Source: Kiritimatiellia bacterium
GTDB taxonomy: Bacteria; Verrucomicrobiota; Kiritimatiellia; RFP12; JBMNHG01
Assembly (NCBI GenBank): GCA_050950285.1
Contig: JBMNHG010000008.1
Span: forward strand, 372,001 to 436,000
Length of the DNA: 64,000 bases
Direction: 5' to 3'
Part shown: positions 27,256 to 37,543 of the stretch, piece by piece
How positions within the stretch are numbered: position 1 is the stretch's first letter
Layout of the letters: each line of letters opens with the position of its first letter
Notes under the pieces: model-generated
Databases searched by the model: none
Told to the model about the DNA's origin: nothing
What the model saw: only the letters and a program-made list of their open reading frames with translations
Translations under genes and position numbers: made by a program

Positions 27256-27831
27256 CTACGCCAGCCGGGCGAGGGCCTTCCGGGCCTCGGTGGCGGTGCA
27301 CCATTCGCCGTCGGTGGAGGCCTGTTCGAGGGTCCCGCGGCTGCGCGGGAGGGCGATCCGCCCCAGCGCGCGGCAGCATTCGGCGCGCACGGCGTAGTCT
27401 TCCGCGAGGTCGACGGCGTAGCGTTCCAGCCGGGCGACGGCGCGCTCGTGCAGCGGGTTGCCCGGCGGAAGCGCCATCGCCGCCGGCGCCAACGCCATGC
27501 AGGCCGCCTGCTTCACGCGGAAGCGGCAGCGGTGCTCCTCGGTCTTCGCGGGGTCGGCGCCGCGATAGTCCTTCGGGCTGGGCGCGGCATAGACCCCCCG
27601 TCCGTCCTGGTCGTCGAGAAGCGCGAGGACGGCTTCCGCGATGGCGGCGAGCGTGTCGTGGGGGAGGGGGCGCTCCATCCGTCCGGCGAGGGCCCAGAGC
27701 GCGCCCTGCTGCAGCTGCCACTGGTCGGCGTCGAGGGCGGCGAGGAGCCCTTCGAGGGGGGCGTCCGGCGCGAAGAGGCGGTCCAGGGACCGGAAGGTGG
27801 CGAGGTCGGTGCGGGTGGGCGAATAGGTCAT
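27256..27831 (-). CDS. HEAT-repeat protein
   Basis: WQLQQGALWALA, YAVRAECCRALGRI, ATEARKALARL; ATGA overlap with upstream gene. Confidence 0.7.
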   Translation of the reverse strand: MTYSPTRTDLATFRSLDRLFAPDAPLEGLLAALDADQWQLQQGALWALAGRMERPLPHDTLAAIAEAVLALLDDQDGRGVYAAPSPKDYRGADPAKTEEHRCRFRVKQAACMALAPAAMALPPGNPLHERAVARLERYAVDLAEDYAVRAECCRALGRIALPRSRGTLEQASTDGEWCTATEARKALARLA

Positions 27832-30122
27832 GGCGCGTCCTCCATCAGGGCGTAGGGGAGATCCCAGCGGCGGCCGTCGGTGGCGGCCGCGGAGACGGTT
27901 CGGCCGTCGTAGCCCCACGAGGCGAGGGTGGGTCCATCGGCCGCCCGGCCGATTTGCAGGGGGGTGTCGGGGTTCGAGGAACGCGCCCGTTCCGCGGTGT
28001 GGGCGATGGCGAAGCGCACGGCGAGCTCGATCTCCGCCGGGCCGTCGGGCGCGAGGCCGTCCAGCGTCCGGAGCGGGGTGACGAGGTCGGTCGAGAGCGG
28101 CAGCGAGAGGTCCACCTCCGTGCCGCCGATCCAGAGCCGGGTGGCGAAGTCGAGCCCGCGGGGGAGGCGCAGGAGGGAGCCGGGCCGGAGGGTGGCGGTG
28201 CGGCGGAAGCGCCATTCCGCGACCACCGGGACATCCGCGCGGAGCCACGGGAGCGATCCGGGTTCGAGGACGCCGTCGAGGGCGTCCGCGGGGGCGGGTG
28301 CGCCGTGCGGCGCCTCCACGGGGAGGGGCCAGGCCGTCCAGCCGGCGTCGAGGGTGTCGGTGGCTTCGAAGGCCGTGGTGGGCCAGAGGAGCCAGAGGCC
28401 GCGCGCCGTTTCGCCGCGGGCGAAGGGGAAGTCCACGCGGTCGGAAGCGTTGTCCGGCTGGCGGGGGAAGCGTTCGATCCGGCGGATTCCGGGGGCGCCG
28501 GCGGGGAGCAGCGGGCGCATCTGGAGCAGGCCGCCGTCGGAGGTGCGCAGGTCGACGCCGCCGCCGGGGGCGGGCGCCGCGCCGGGGCGGAACCACCAGC
28601 GCGAGACGACGTCGTGCGGGGCGTCGAAGACGGCGAGGTCTTCGACCAGCCAGAAACGGTTGTCCACGAGCGTGGAACGCCGCCGCATGCGCCGCGTGCC
28701 GGGGATGGCGTCCGCGTAGAGGCCGGTGACGTCGCCCGCGATCGAGTCCGTCGGGAAGGGGGCGGAGATTCCCGCGACGTCGGCGGGCGTCGAGCGCCCG
28801 TAGTCGTCGTGGACGGGGCGCAGCCCCTCCCGGCCGTCCACGAGCAGGCAGGAGTGGCTTCCGCCGCAGCCCTTGGAGAGGTTGAGGCGCTGGGACGACC
28901 CGGCGCCGAAGGTCCGGTGGAACACGGCGCCTTCGTAGGCCAGGGCGGGGAGGGTGTCGTGGTCGGTCCCGTCCGCGCTGAAGGGGATTCCGCGGTAGGA
29001 GAGGATCACGGCGTTCGGGTTCACGTGGGCGCGGGTGCACATCGGGGCGGTCGGATCCCACATCTGCATGAGGTAGGTTTCGCCGGCGGGGTCCACGAGC
29101 GTGCCGCCCAGGTCGGGATGGCGCCACGGCTCCCAGGCGGGCGGGTCGCCGCCGGGCAGGTCGGGCCAGTGGATGAGCGTCCAGACGGGCTCGTCGTAGC
29201 CCCATCCGGCGCCGGAGGAGTTGAAGCGGGCCCATGGCGCGTCCTTTTCGAGGATGCGCAGGCTCAGGCGGTCGCCGGTGCGGCTGGCGAGGTAGGCGAG
29301 GGGGAAGGTGATGCCGAACTCCCATCCGTAGTCGTCCCACGGGAGGAGCAGGGCGCCGGGGAGCCAGAGGTTGCGGGTCATGCGCAGCACGTCGGCGGCG
29401 GCGGTGCCGTTCGGCGCGAGGGGGGCTTCGGCGAGGTCGCGGACGCCGCGCAGGTGCTCCAGGGTCTCGAGCAGGAGCGGGATGGCGAAGGCGACGATGC
29501 GGCCTTGGTAGGTGGAGCCTTCGCCGCTGTAGCCGCTGGGGGGCATCCCGCCGATCATGGCCTCGAGGCGGGGCGCGGCCTGGCTGCGCAGGAGGCGGGC
29601 GAGGTGCCCGTCGCCGGGACCGTCCGCGAAGAGCGACCCGACGAGGTACGAGGAGAGCACGAGCGACGCGGTCTGGTTGTCGACGCACTCGGGCTCCGGC
29701 TTGATGCGCAGCCCGGCGTGATGGTCGCGGAACTGGATCAGCAAGAATCGGGCCGCGAGTTCGTCGGCCTCTTCGGCGGAGTAGGCTCCCGCGCGGCGGA
29801 GGAAGTCGAACCAGAGCGCCCAGCGGCAGTGCGGGAAGGAGAAGCACCAGATGTTGAAGAGATAGTCGGTAGAGCCCCTCCCGGCGGCCTCGTCCAGGTA
29901 GTCCGCCACCGCCTTTTTCGCCAGCCCCAGCAGGACCGGATCCTGCTCCATTACGGCCACGAAGGGCAGGAACCACGGATTCCCGGAGGGGTTGCCGCAG
30001 GCAAGACGGCGGATGCCGTTCCACAGCTCGAGACGCCGCCCGCCTTGAGACTGGACTCGCGCCATCTTCGCGCGGAGCGCGTCGACGGGCAGGAGATGTT
30101 CGCCGATGGAGGAAGGGTTCAT
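27828..30122 (-). CDS. Heparinase II/III-like (alpha-toroid plus beta-sandwich) protein
   Basis: GYSGEGSTY, H.NPNAVILSY.G..F.ADG, HSCLLVDG, RRS..VDNRFWLVED pattern; remote resemblance only. Confidence 0.55.
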   Translation of the reverse strand: MNPSSIGEHLLPVDALRAKMARVQSQGGRRLELWNGIRRLACGNPSGNPWFLPFVAVMEQDPVLLGLAKKAVADYLDEAAGRGSTDYLFNIWCFSFPHCRWALWFDFLRRAGAYSAEEADELAARFLLIQFRDHHAGLRIKPEPECVDNQTASLVLSSYLVGSLFADGPGDGHLARLLRSQAAPRLEAMIGGMPPSGYSGEGSTYQGRIVAFAIPLLLETLEHLRGVRDLAEAPLAPNGTAAADVLRMTRNLWLPGALLLPWDDYGWEFGITFPLAYLASRTGDRLSLRILEKDAPWARFNSSGAGWGYDEPVWTLIHWPDLPGGDPPAWEPWRHPDLGGTLVDPAGETYLMQMWDPTAPMCTRAHVNPNAVILSYRGIPFSADGTDHDTLPALAYEGAVFHRTFGAGSSQRLNLSKGCGGSHSCLLVDGREGLRPVHDDYGRSTPADVAGISAPFPTDSIAGDVTGLYADAIPGTRRMRRRSTLVDNRFWLVEDLAVFDAPHDVVSRWWFRPGAAPAPGGGVDLRTSDGGLLQMRPLLPAGAPGIRRIERFPRQPDNASDRVDFPFARGETARGLWLLWPTTAFEATDTLDAGWTAWPLPVEAPHGAPAPADALDGVLEPGSLPWLRADVPVVAEWRFRRTATLRPGSLLRLPRGLDFATRLWIGGTEVDLSLPLSTDLVTPLRTLDGLAPDGPAEIELAVRFAIAHTAERARSSNPDTPLQIGRAADGPTLASWGYDGRTVSAAATDGRRWDLPYALMEDAP

Positions 30123-30199
30123 GGCCGAAGTATCGCAGGACATGCGGCGGAAGGGCAAGGGATTTCCTGAAGACCCCCCCCCGCCCCGCCCGCGCGTCG

Positions 30200-30395
30200 C
30201 GCGTGTCGCGGGTCGCGGCGTGCCGCGCCAGCGTGTGACCGGATTGACCCGATTGACCCGATTGACGCCGAACCCCGCCGCGCGTCGAGCGTCGCGTGTC
30301 GCGGGTCGCGGCGTGCCGCGCCAGCGTGTGACCGGATTGACCCGATTGACCCGATTGACGCCGAACCCCGCCGCGCGTCGAGCGTCGCGTGTCGC
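30200..30395 (+). repeat. Two tandem 93-bp units, each with cgcggcgtgccgcg hairpin and GATTGACCC 9-mer array
   Basis: Unit starts at 30200 and 30293, partial third at 30386. Confidence 0.9.
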
Positions 30396-30498
30396 CTGTC
30401 GCGCGTCGCGCTCGGGATCCGCGTGGAGCCTTTCGTTGACGTTCCCCTCCGGATTCGCTATCGTTTTTATTTCCAATCCCCATTCCTCTATTCGAACC

Positions 30499-30885
30499 AT
30501 GCCGAACATCCTCGATGCTCTTCCTTGGTCCGCGACGCGCGGGCGCGAGCTGCTGGAAAAGGTGGCCGACGGGCGTCCTCTTGCGGCGGTCTACCGCACC
30601 GGCACGCGTTGGGACGTGGGGCACTGGTTCCACGACGCCGTGGTGTGGGCCGGGCTTTGCGAAGGCGAGCTGCTGCTTTGCGCGGCGGGCCGCAAACCGC
30701 TCGCGGAGCGCATCCCCCTTCCGGCGCTGGCCGAAAGTGCCTACAACGCGATCACCGGCGAAGTGTTCTTTGCCCCGGTCCGGGGCGCGAAGCTCGCCGC
30801 GGTGGCGCTTCCGCCGGTCGAGGGGGAGGCGCTTGCCGCCGCCCTGCGCGGCGGAGGATCGTCCGGACGGCCGGATGCCGCTTAG
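30499..30885 (+). CDS. Hypothetical protein
   Basis: 128 aa with normal composition, upstream of exbB-like gene. Confidence 0.6.
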   Translation: MPNILDALPWSATRGRELLEKVADGRPLAAVYRTGTRWDVGHWFHDAVVWAGLCEGELLLCAAGRKPLAERIPLPALAESAYNAITGEVFFAPVRGAKLAAVALPPVEGEALAAALRGGGSSGRPDAA

Positions 30886-30947
30886 CACGCTTTTTGCTGC
30901 TGTCTCGCGTTGAAGAGTCGAACTGAACGACGAAGGAGTCTGTTGCC

Positions 30948-31604
30948 ATGCTAGAAATCCTGATCAAGGGCGGTATCCTGGATGCCGTGATGATCGCCGA
31001 GAGCATACTGGCCTGGGCCGTGGTCTTCGACCGCGCCAAGGCCTTCCGCGAGAATTCCAAGGTGGATGTGCGCTCGCTCCGGGCGAAGGTGATCCGCCTC
31101 CTGCGCCAGGACGACCTGGACGGCGCCTGCAAGCTGTGCGCGAACACGCCCGGCCCGGTTTCATCCGTGCTGCTCGCGGGGATCCGGGCCTACGGCCGCC
31201 ACCGCGCCATCGCGAGCTCCCCCGAGGCGCTCCGCGCGCTGGTGTCGGACGCCCTCGAAGACAGCACCTACATCGCCATCAAGGCGGTGGAAAGCCGCTT
31301 GAACGTGCTTTCGTTCGTGGGCAACTCCGCCCCGCTCTTCGGCATGACGGGCACGGTGACGGGCATGATCAAGTCCTTCGAGGCGATGGGCGCGGCCGGC
31401 GCGCTCGAAGGCGCGGCCGTGGCCGCAGGCGTCGCCGAGGCGCTGATCACCACCGCCGTGGGCCTGATCGTGGCCATGGCCGCCGTGATCCCGTTCCACT
31501 ACTTCACCAGCCTTTCCGGGAAGGTGGAGTCGCAGATCCACGAGGCCGGCGTGGAACTGCTCGACTTCATCACCCTGCACATGGCGGACAAGAGCGCCAA
31601 GTAG
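30948..31604 (+). CDS. MotA/TolQ/ExbB proton-channel family protein
   Basis: APLFGMTGTVTGMIKSF, GVAEALITTAVGL; AAGGAG RBS. Confidence 0.92.
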   Translation: MLEILIKGGILDAVMIAESILAWAVVFDRAKAFRENSKVDVRSLRAKVIRLLRQDDLDGACKLCANTPGPVSSVLLAGIRAYGRHRAIASSPEALRALVSDALEDSTYIAIKAVESRLNVLSFVGNSAPLFGMTGTVTGMIKSFEAMGAAGALEGAAVAAGVAEALITTAVGLIVAMAAVIPFHYFTSLSGKVESQIHEAGVELLDFITLHMADKSAK

Positions 31605-31651
31605 CGCGACCGCCGGAAAACGGCGCGCCGTTTTTTCGAGGAGGAGCGAAC

Positions 31652-32077
31652 GTGTCCCTTGGAAGAAAGCTGGAAAGGGAGAAGGAAGACCCGACCATCC
31701 CGACGGATTCGGTCGCCGACATCGCCTATCTGATGATCATCTTCTTCATCCTCACCACGTCCATCGAGAAGCTCTCCGGCTTCAACGCCGACATCCCCTC
31801 CGCCCAGCAGCAGCAACAGCAGCCACACGACGCCGAAAAGACGCCCACGCTCAAGCTCCATCCGGGCGGCATGAGCTTCAACGACCAGCCCATCGACCTC
31901 CCAGGCTTCCGCAAGGCGCTCCAGGAGATGAAGTTCGACAAGCGCCCCGAGGACAAGCGGGTGGTCGTGCTCGACGCCGCCAAGGGCGTCGACTACCAGG
32001 CCTACTACGAAGCCATGGCGGCCATCAGCGCCGCCGGCGGCATCGTGGGGATCATGACGGAGGAGCCGGGCCGATGA
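31652..32077 (+). CDS. ExbD/TolR family protein
   Basis: IPTDSVADIAYLMIIFFILTT; GTG start after GGAGGAG. Confidence 0.88.
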   Translation: MSLGRKLEREKEDPTIPTDSVADIAYLMIIFFILTTSIEKLSGFNADIPSAQQQQQQPHDAEKTPTLKLHPGGMSFNDQPIDLPGFRKALQEMKFDKRPEDKRVVVLDAAKGVDYQAYYEAMAAISAAGGIVGIMTEEPGR

Positions 32078-32535
32078 AGATGCGCGACCGCCGCAAAAAG
32101 ACCGTCACGGTGCCGCTCACCAGCATGGGCGACATCGCCTTCCTGCTGCTGATCTTCTTCATCCTCTGCTCGAACTTCGTCAAGGAGTCCGGCATCGAGT
32201 ACCAGTCGCCCACCAGCCGCGACGTGAAGAGCGTGAAGGAGAGCAACATCTCGGTGATCATCGACCGCTCGGGCGACGTCTACCTCATGGGCTCGAAGTG
32301 CGCGTCCACCGACATCGCCGACGCCATCGAAACCCTCCTGGCCCGTCGCGAAGGCGAGGACGAAAGGCTCGTGGTGCTGCGTTGCGACAAGAACGTGCGG
32401 AAGGAGATCTTCGAGCCCGTCATCGATTCCATCGCCCGCGCCGGCGGCACCATCGTGGCCGTGGGGGAGCGCTCCTCCGGCGGTCGCGAAACCGCCCCGT
32501 CCGTCCCTCCCCCGCACGAAAGGCCCGCCCTTTGA
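32074..32535 (+). CDS. Second ExbD/TolR family protein
   Basis: VPLTSMGDIAFLLLIFF, VVLRCDK; ATGA overlap. Confidence 0.88.
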   Translation: MKMRDRRKKTVTVPLTSMGDIAFLLLIFFILCSNFVKESGIEYQSPTSRDVKSVKESNISVIIDRSGDVYLMGSKCASTDIADAIETLLARREGEDERLVVLRCDKNVRKEIFEPVIDSIARAGGTIVAVGERSSGGRETAPSVPPPHERPAL

Positions 32536-32569
32536 TGCCAGGGTCCATCCCTATCCCGTGGAGTCCATC

Positions 32570-33028
32570 ATGAGTGAAAAACACGTCCCATCCCCCGAGA
32601 CCGGTGAAAAGCCCCTCCTCTCCTCCGAGACCGAGGAAGTCACCTCGGAGCAGCTGCTTGAAGTCTTCACCCGCGGGAACTTCCTGAAGTGGGTGTTGGT
32701 CGCCATCGTGGCGCACGCCATCTTCATCGGCATCTTCTCCGTGGGCTCGATCGTCAAACGCTTCAGCCCCCCGAAGCCCGTCCCCGCCGAAGAGGAGGCG
32801 GCCGAGGCCGCCCCAGCCCCCGCCGGCGACGCTGCCGCCACGACCGCCGGGACCGGCGATTCCACCGCCGCCCCCGCCGCCGCCGGCGACACGTCCGAGG
32901 AGGGCCTCCTGCAGGAGCGCGCCAGTTCGCCCGTGGTGCAGCGCATCACCGAAACCGCTTCGCCCGAAGAAATCCCCGCCGTCCCCGACGATCTCGGCAT
33001 CTCCTTCGAGGATACCCAGTTCCGGTAG
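32570..33028 (+). CDS. Single-TM acidic hypothetical protein (TonB-like anchor with His in TM)
   Basis: WVLVAIVAHAIFIGIFSV followed by Ala/Glu-rich linker. Confidence 0.65.
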   Translation: MSEKHVPSPETGEKPLLSSETEEVTSEQLLEVFTRGNFLKWVLVAIVAHAIFIGIFSVGSIVKRFSPPKPVPAEEEAAEAAPAPAGDAAATTAGTGDSTAAPAAAGDTSEEGLLQERASSPVVQRITETASPEEIPAVPDDLGISFEDTQFR

Positions 33029-33034
33029 GCATCG

Positions 33035-34597
33035 ATGCGGATCGCCCCTCCATCGTGGCGTCCCGTCGCCCTCGCCCTTCCGCTCGGCATCCTGGGTGCC
33101 GTCGCGTTCCGCGTCGCGTACGCGTTGCCGGACGGGTACGAGTCGCTGCTCGCGGCGAACCCCGACTACGTCCCGGTCTTCGCCGCGGCCGGCATCGGCG
33201 TGCTGGTGGAGCTCCTCTGGTGGGTGCTCTACGCCGCCGGCGCGGGGCTCTTCATCGCCGCCTTCTGCGCGATCCTCGCGAAACGCCGGTGGAGCCTGTC
33301 GATCGTCCGCAAGGGCGCGCTGCTCGTGCCCGTGGCGGTGGTGGTGCTCGCCATGGCCGTCTTCCGCGCCACCGGCGAACTCGTGGATGCGGACGTCTTC
33401 ATCGGCGGCTCCCCGCCGGACAGCTGGACCGTCTTCTTCACCCGCTGGAACTGCCTGAAGCACGGCATCCTCGCCCTCCTCGTCGCCGCGTGCGTGCTCG
33501 TCCTCGCCTGGTGCGAGGGCACCATCGCCCTCTACTCCGGCCTGCCGCCCGCCGGACCCGCCGCGGGCGACAACGTGGTCGAACGCCTGCGCATCCACGG
33601 CCTCGCCCCCACCTTCCGAAAGTCGATCTACCATTCGATCGGCCTGCACGTCTTCATCATCCTCGTGCTGCCCTGGCTCCTCTCCCTGCGCGGCTGCGTC
33701 GAACCCTACCGCATCCCGAAGGGCGACGGCGCCCCCACCATCGAGCGCAAAATCCAGGTGGTGCGCAAGAAAAAGCCCAAGAAGCGCTTCGTGGTCAACC
33801 CCAAATCCGCCATCCTCTTCGACCTCCCGGACGACATGATGCTCATGCGCGACGTCGACCGGCAGAGCCAGGTCGAATACGCCGCCAACCCCAACCGCGT
33901 CCACGGCAAGCTCGGCGCCGGCAAGGGCGGCAAGGGAGGCTGGCCCGACGGCATGGACGACGCCGTCGTGCGCTTCATCCGCATCGAACACGGCGGCCCC
34001 GGATGGGACGACGGCATGGACGCCCGCACCCGCGCCGACATCAACTTCCTCCAGGAGTTCAAGAAGGTCACCGGATTCAAGGTCGCCCCCAAAGGCGAAA
34101 GCATCCGCGTGAGCCAGCTCAGGCAATTCCCCAAAGGCGGCCAGCCCCCCTTCCTCTACCTCACCGGCAACGGCGACATCCGCCTCTCCGCGCGCGACAT
34201 CGACACCCTCCGCCAGTACCTCCTCGACGGCGGCCTCCTCTTCGCCGACGCCGGAAGCCCCTGGTTCCACCAGAACTTCAGCGCGCTCGCCAAATCCCTC
34301 TTCCCCGGAAACCCGCTGCGCGACATCGCCGACGACGACCCCATCTACCAGATGCCCTACGTCTTCCCCAACGGCGCGCCCCCCCTCTGGCACCACGGCG
34401 GAATGCGCGCCCTGGGCATCAAGCACAAGGACCGATGGGTCGTCTTCTACCACCCGGGCGACATGAACGACGCCTGGAAGGACGACCGCGGCGGGATGAC
34501 CCGGGAGCTCAGCCAGAGCGCCATGGACCTGGGCGTCAACATCGTCTACTACTCTTTCACGCACTACCTGGAGATGACCCGCAAGTACCGCAAGTGA
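33035..34597 (+). CDS. Membrane protein with C-terminal DUF4159-like domain
   Basis: About 5 N-terminal TMs including SIGLH; PFLYLTG, LRQYLLDGGLLFADAG, DDPIY, DMNDAW, LGVNIVYY. Confidence 0.8.
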   Translation: MRIAPPSWRPVALALPLGILGAVAFRVAYALPDGYESLLAANPDYVPVFAAAGIGVLVELLWWVLYAAGAGLFIAAFCAILAKRRWSLSIVRKGALLVPVAVVVLAMAVFRATGELVDADVFIGGSPPDSWTVFFTRWNCLKHGILALLVAACVLVLAWCEGTIALYSGLPPAGPAAGDNVVERLRIHGLAPTFRKSIYHSIGLHVFIILVLPWLLSLRGCVEPYRIPKGDGAPTIERKIQVVRKKKPKKRFVVNPKSAILFDLPDDMMLMRDVDRQSQVEYAANPNRVHGKLGAGKGGKGGWPDGMDDAVVRFIRIEHGGPGWDDGMDARTRADINFLQEFKKVTGFKVAPKGESIRVSQLRQFPKGGQPPFLYLTGNGDIRLSARDIDTLRQYLLDGGLLFADAGSPWFHQNFSALAKSLFPGNPLRDIADDDPIYQMPYVFPNGAPPLWHHGGMRALGIKHKDRWVVFYHPGDMNDAWKDDRGGMTRELSQSAMDLGVNIVYYSFTHYLEMTRKYRK

Positions 34598-34627
34598 CCT
34601 CCGTGCGCGGAACGGACCCCCCTGGTT

Positions 34628-37534
34628 ATGCCGTCGATCCCCACAACTCTCGCCACGCCTTTCGTGAAGGCCTACGCCTGCCTGGACTGGACCGGGCTGG
34701 CCTCCATCCCCCTGTGGGTGGCGGCCGTCGTGCTCCTCGTCCGCTTCCGCCATGCGCCGGACCGCAACCTCCGCTGGCTGCGGGCCCTGGCCCTCGCCCT
34801 CGTCGGCCTGCTCTTCGCCGAGATCGCGGCGGACTCCGCCAGCCGCATCGTCATCGACCGCACCGAGGAGATCGAAGCCGCCCGCGCCCAGGCCCGCCAC
34901 TCCCGCCTCAACGAATACGGCGAGGCCGACCTCGCCCGCCAGATGCGCTTCGCGGAGGATTCCCCCGCCGAATCCCGCAGCGCCGGTTCCGCCTTCGAAA
35001 CGCTCGGCTCCGCGCTGGACGACATGGTCCCCGGCTACCAGGCCCGCGGCAAGCGGAAGCGCGCCGAAGGCAAGAAGGAGAAGGTCGGCGGCGCCCAGGA
35101 GTTCTACGAGGAAAAGGCCCGGAAGGAGAAGCCCCCGCGCATGCTCAAGGAGGGGGACGCCCTCGCCGCCGCCCGCCTGAACTGGCTGAACCTCCGCCTC
35201 GCCCGCCTCGCGCTGCTCGCCGCCCTCGTCCTGCTGGCGGTGGACTACCTCGTGCGCTTCCATCGCTGGATGCCCGGCTACCCGCCCCTCCCGATCTCCG
35301 GCCCGTGGCTCGATTTCTTCTCCCGGAAGAACCTCGAATGCACCTGGCGGAACGACCGCGTCGAAGACCTCTTGCGCGACCACGTGCGCCGCGGCGAGCC
35401 CTTTCTCGTGGCCCTGGGCAACGCCCCCGCCCCCTTCGCGGGCGAAAGCTCCCTCCCCCGCCTCGACCTGCCCGTCTCCTCCAAAGGCCATCGCCTGCGC
35501 ATCCTGCGCTTCCCCCTCCTCTTCCTGGAGGAAGGCGACCCCCGCGGCTGGGAGTTCCTCTTCGACGCCGTCTGGTTCAACCGCTATTCCGTCGTGTACG
35601 AAGGCTCCGTCCCCGCCCTGCTCGACGCCCTCCGCACCTACCTCGCCGAGCGCTTCGCCACCGGCGCCTCCGCCCGCGTCACCGTCAACCTCTGCCTCCA
35701 CGAAAACGCCTTCGCCACCCCCGGAGAACGCTTCGCCATGCTCCGCATGATGGGCCGCGAGAACTGGCGCCTCTGCGAATTCGTCCCCCCGCCACCGGAA
35801 CCCGGGCCGACGCCGCCGGAACCGCCCGCGAAGCCGGAGGAGGACGCCGCCGCCGCGAAGAAAGCCCGCGCGGCGCGGCTCGCCGCGACCCTGGCGAAGT
35901 TCGGCCGCAAGGAGGACGCCCCCGCCCCCGAACCCGCGCCCGAGCCGCCACCCGCCCCCGAACCCGCGCCCGAGCCGCCACCCGCCCCCGAACCCGCGCC
36001 CGAGCCGCCACCCGCCCCCGAACCCACGCCCGCCGCCGCGCCGGAACCGGGCACGGTTGACACGGTTGACAGGGTTGACAGGGTTGACATGGTTGACACG
36101 ATGGACGCCCCCGCCCCCGAACCCGAACCCGCACCCACGCCCGCGCCCGCGCCCGCACCCGCACCCGAGCCGGCACCCGCACCCGCCCCCGAACCGCCCG
36201 CGAAGCCGGAGGACGCCGCCGCCGCGAAGAAAGCCCGCGCGGCGCGGCTCGCCGCGAAGTTCGGCAAGGGTGCGGCTCCCGCACCGGAACCGGCATCCGC
36301 GCCGGAACCCGCGAAGCCCGCACCGGAGCCCGCGAAGCCGGAGGACGACGCGGAAAAACAGGCCCGCGCGGCGCGCCTCGCGGCGACTCTGGCGAAGTTC
36401 GGCCGCAAGGATCTGGCCGCCACCGTCACGGCTTCCACGGTCGCTGCCGCCGCCGCGACATCCGAAAAGCCCGCGCCCACGCCCGCGCCCGCGCCCGATC
36501 CCGATCCTGCGCCTTCGCCGGAAGCGCCCGCGAAGCCGGAGGAGGACGCCGCGAAGAAGGCCCGCGCGGCGCGGCTCGCCGCGACTCTGGCGAAGTACGG
36601 CCGCAAGGGCGCCGATCCCGACGCTGCGCCTGCGCAGCCGGAACCGGAGCAGCCCGACTCCGGGCTCACCGTCGAGCAGAAGCTCAAGGCCGCCCGCGCG
36701 GCTCGCCTCCAGGCCAAATTCGGAAAGCCCGAACCCACGCCCGTGCCGGAGCCCGCGCCGGAGCCTGCGCCGGAACCGGAGCCCGCGCCGGAGTCCGCGC
36801 CGGCACCGGAGCCAGAGCCCGCGCCGGAGCCTGCGCCCGCACCGGAACCGGCACCCACGCCGGAACCCGCGCCGGAGCCGGCACCCACGCCGGAGCCGGC
36901 ACCCACGCCGGAGCCCGCGCCGGCACCGGAGCCGGAACCCACGCCGGAGCCCGCGCCGGAGCCCACGCCGGAACCGGACACGGTTGACACGGTTGACACG
37001 GTTGACATGGTTGACATGATGGACGCCCCGGCCCCCGCGCCCGCACCCGAGCCCGCGCCCGCACCCGAGCCGGAACCCGAGCCGGAACCCACGCCGGAAC
37101 CCGAGCCGGAACCCACGCCGGAACCCACGCCGGCCCCCGAACCCACGCCCGAACCCGAGTCCGCACCCGAGCCCGCACCCACGCCGGAACCCGAACCCAC
37201 GCCGGAACCCGCGCCCGCGCCTTCCCCCGTCCTGACGGTCGAGAAGGATTCGAATGGCCTGGGCTTTGGCAGGATTGAAATCGACTTGTCCGAGCTGGAC
37301 ATCCCGCCCGAACCGGCCTCCGACACCCCGGTCGCCGGCGTGGCCTCGCCGGAGGACGACGGCGACGACGAGGTGGTGGTGGCCTATTCGCCCGAGCTCG
37401 CCCATGCGCCCCGTCCGGATGCCGGCGCGCCGAAGCCCGCCCGTCCCGCCCGTCCCGCCGCGCCCTCCGCCCCCGCATCGCGGCCTTCGGGCAGGCGCAA
37501 CATCCGCATCGTCCGCAAGAAGAAGAAGCGTTAG
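34628..37534 (+). CDS. Membrane protein with very long Pro/Glu/Ala-rich tail, five basic KARAARL..KFG repeats and polybasic C-terminus
   Basis: Three TMs, globular middle, PEPA repeats, ends [13 protein letters not shown]. Confidence 0.75.
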   Translation: MPSIPTTLATPFVKAYACLDWTGLASIPLWVAAVVLLVRFRHAPDRNLRWLRALALALVGLLFAEIAADSASRIVIDRTEEIEAARAQARHSRLNEYGEADLARQMRFAEDSPAESRSAGSAFETLGSALDDMVPGYQARGKRKRAEGKKEKVGGAQEFYEEKARKEKPPRMLKEGDALAAARLNWLNLRLARLALLAALVLLAVDYLVRFHRWMPGYPPLPISGPWLDFFSRKNLECTWRNDRVEDLLRDHVRRGEPFLVALGNAPAPFAGESSLPRLDLPVSSKGHRLRILRFPLLFLEEGDPRGWEFLFDAVWFNRYSVVYEGSVPALLDALRTYLAERFATGASARVTVNLCLHENAFATPGERFAMLRMMGRENWRLCEFVPPPPEPGPTPPEPPAKPEEDAAAAKKARAARLAATLAKFGRKEDAPAPEPAPEPPPAPEPAPEPPPAPEPAPEPPPAPEPTPAAAPEPGTVDTVDRVDRVDMVDTMDAPAPEPEPAPTPAPAPAPAPEPAPAPAPEPPAKPEDAAAAKKARAARLAAKFGKGAAPAPEPASAPEPAKPAPEPAKPEDDAEKQARAARLAATLAKFGRKDLAATVTASTVAAAAATSEKPAPTPAPAPDPDPAPSPEAPAKPEEDAAKKARAARLAATLAKYGRKGADPDAAPAQPEPEQPDSGLTVEQKLKAARAARLQAKFGKPEPTPVPEPAPEPAPEPEPAPESAPAPEPEPAPEPAPAPEPAPTPEPAPEPAPTPEPAPTPEPAPAPEPEPTPEPAPEPTPEPDTVDTVDTVDMVDMMDAPAPAPAPEPAPAPEPEPEPEPTPEPEPEPTPEPTPAPEPTPEPESAPEPAPTPEPEPTPEPAPAPSPVLTVEKDSNGLGFGRIEIDLSELDIPPEPASDTPVAGVASPEDDGDDEVVVAYSPELAHAPRPDAGAPKPARPARPAAPSAPASRPSGRRNIRIVRKKKKR
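36052..36106 (+). repeat. In-frame GGTTGACAN 9-mer array ([16 protein letters not shown])
   Basis: Five units at 9-bp spacing from 36055. Confidence 0.9.
36977..37024 (+). repeat. In-frame GGTTGACAN 9-mer array ([14 protein letters not shown])
   Basis: Four units at 9-bp spacing from 36982. Confidence 0.9.
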
Positions 37535-37543
37535 GACTCTCCC

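Noticed and set aside
21984..30170. 2728-aa ORF and other very long Arg/Gly/Pro-rich ORFs (e.g. 32420-39301, 50367-56162, 22678-27138)
   Set aside because: Shadow frames of real high-GC genes with no motifs. Only the first ~70 codons of the 2728-aa ORF (XRE HTH) look genuine.
35900..37230. PEPA-encoding tandem repeats as a mobile or DNA-level element
   Set aside because: They show synonymous variation and behave as an ordinary Pro-rich protein linker, unlike the embedded GGTTGAC arrays.
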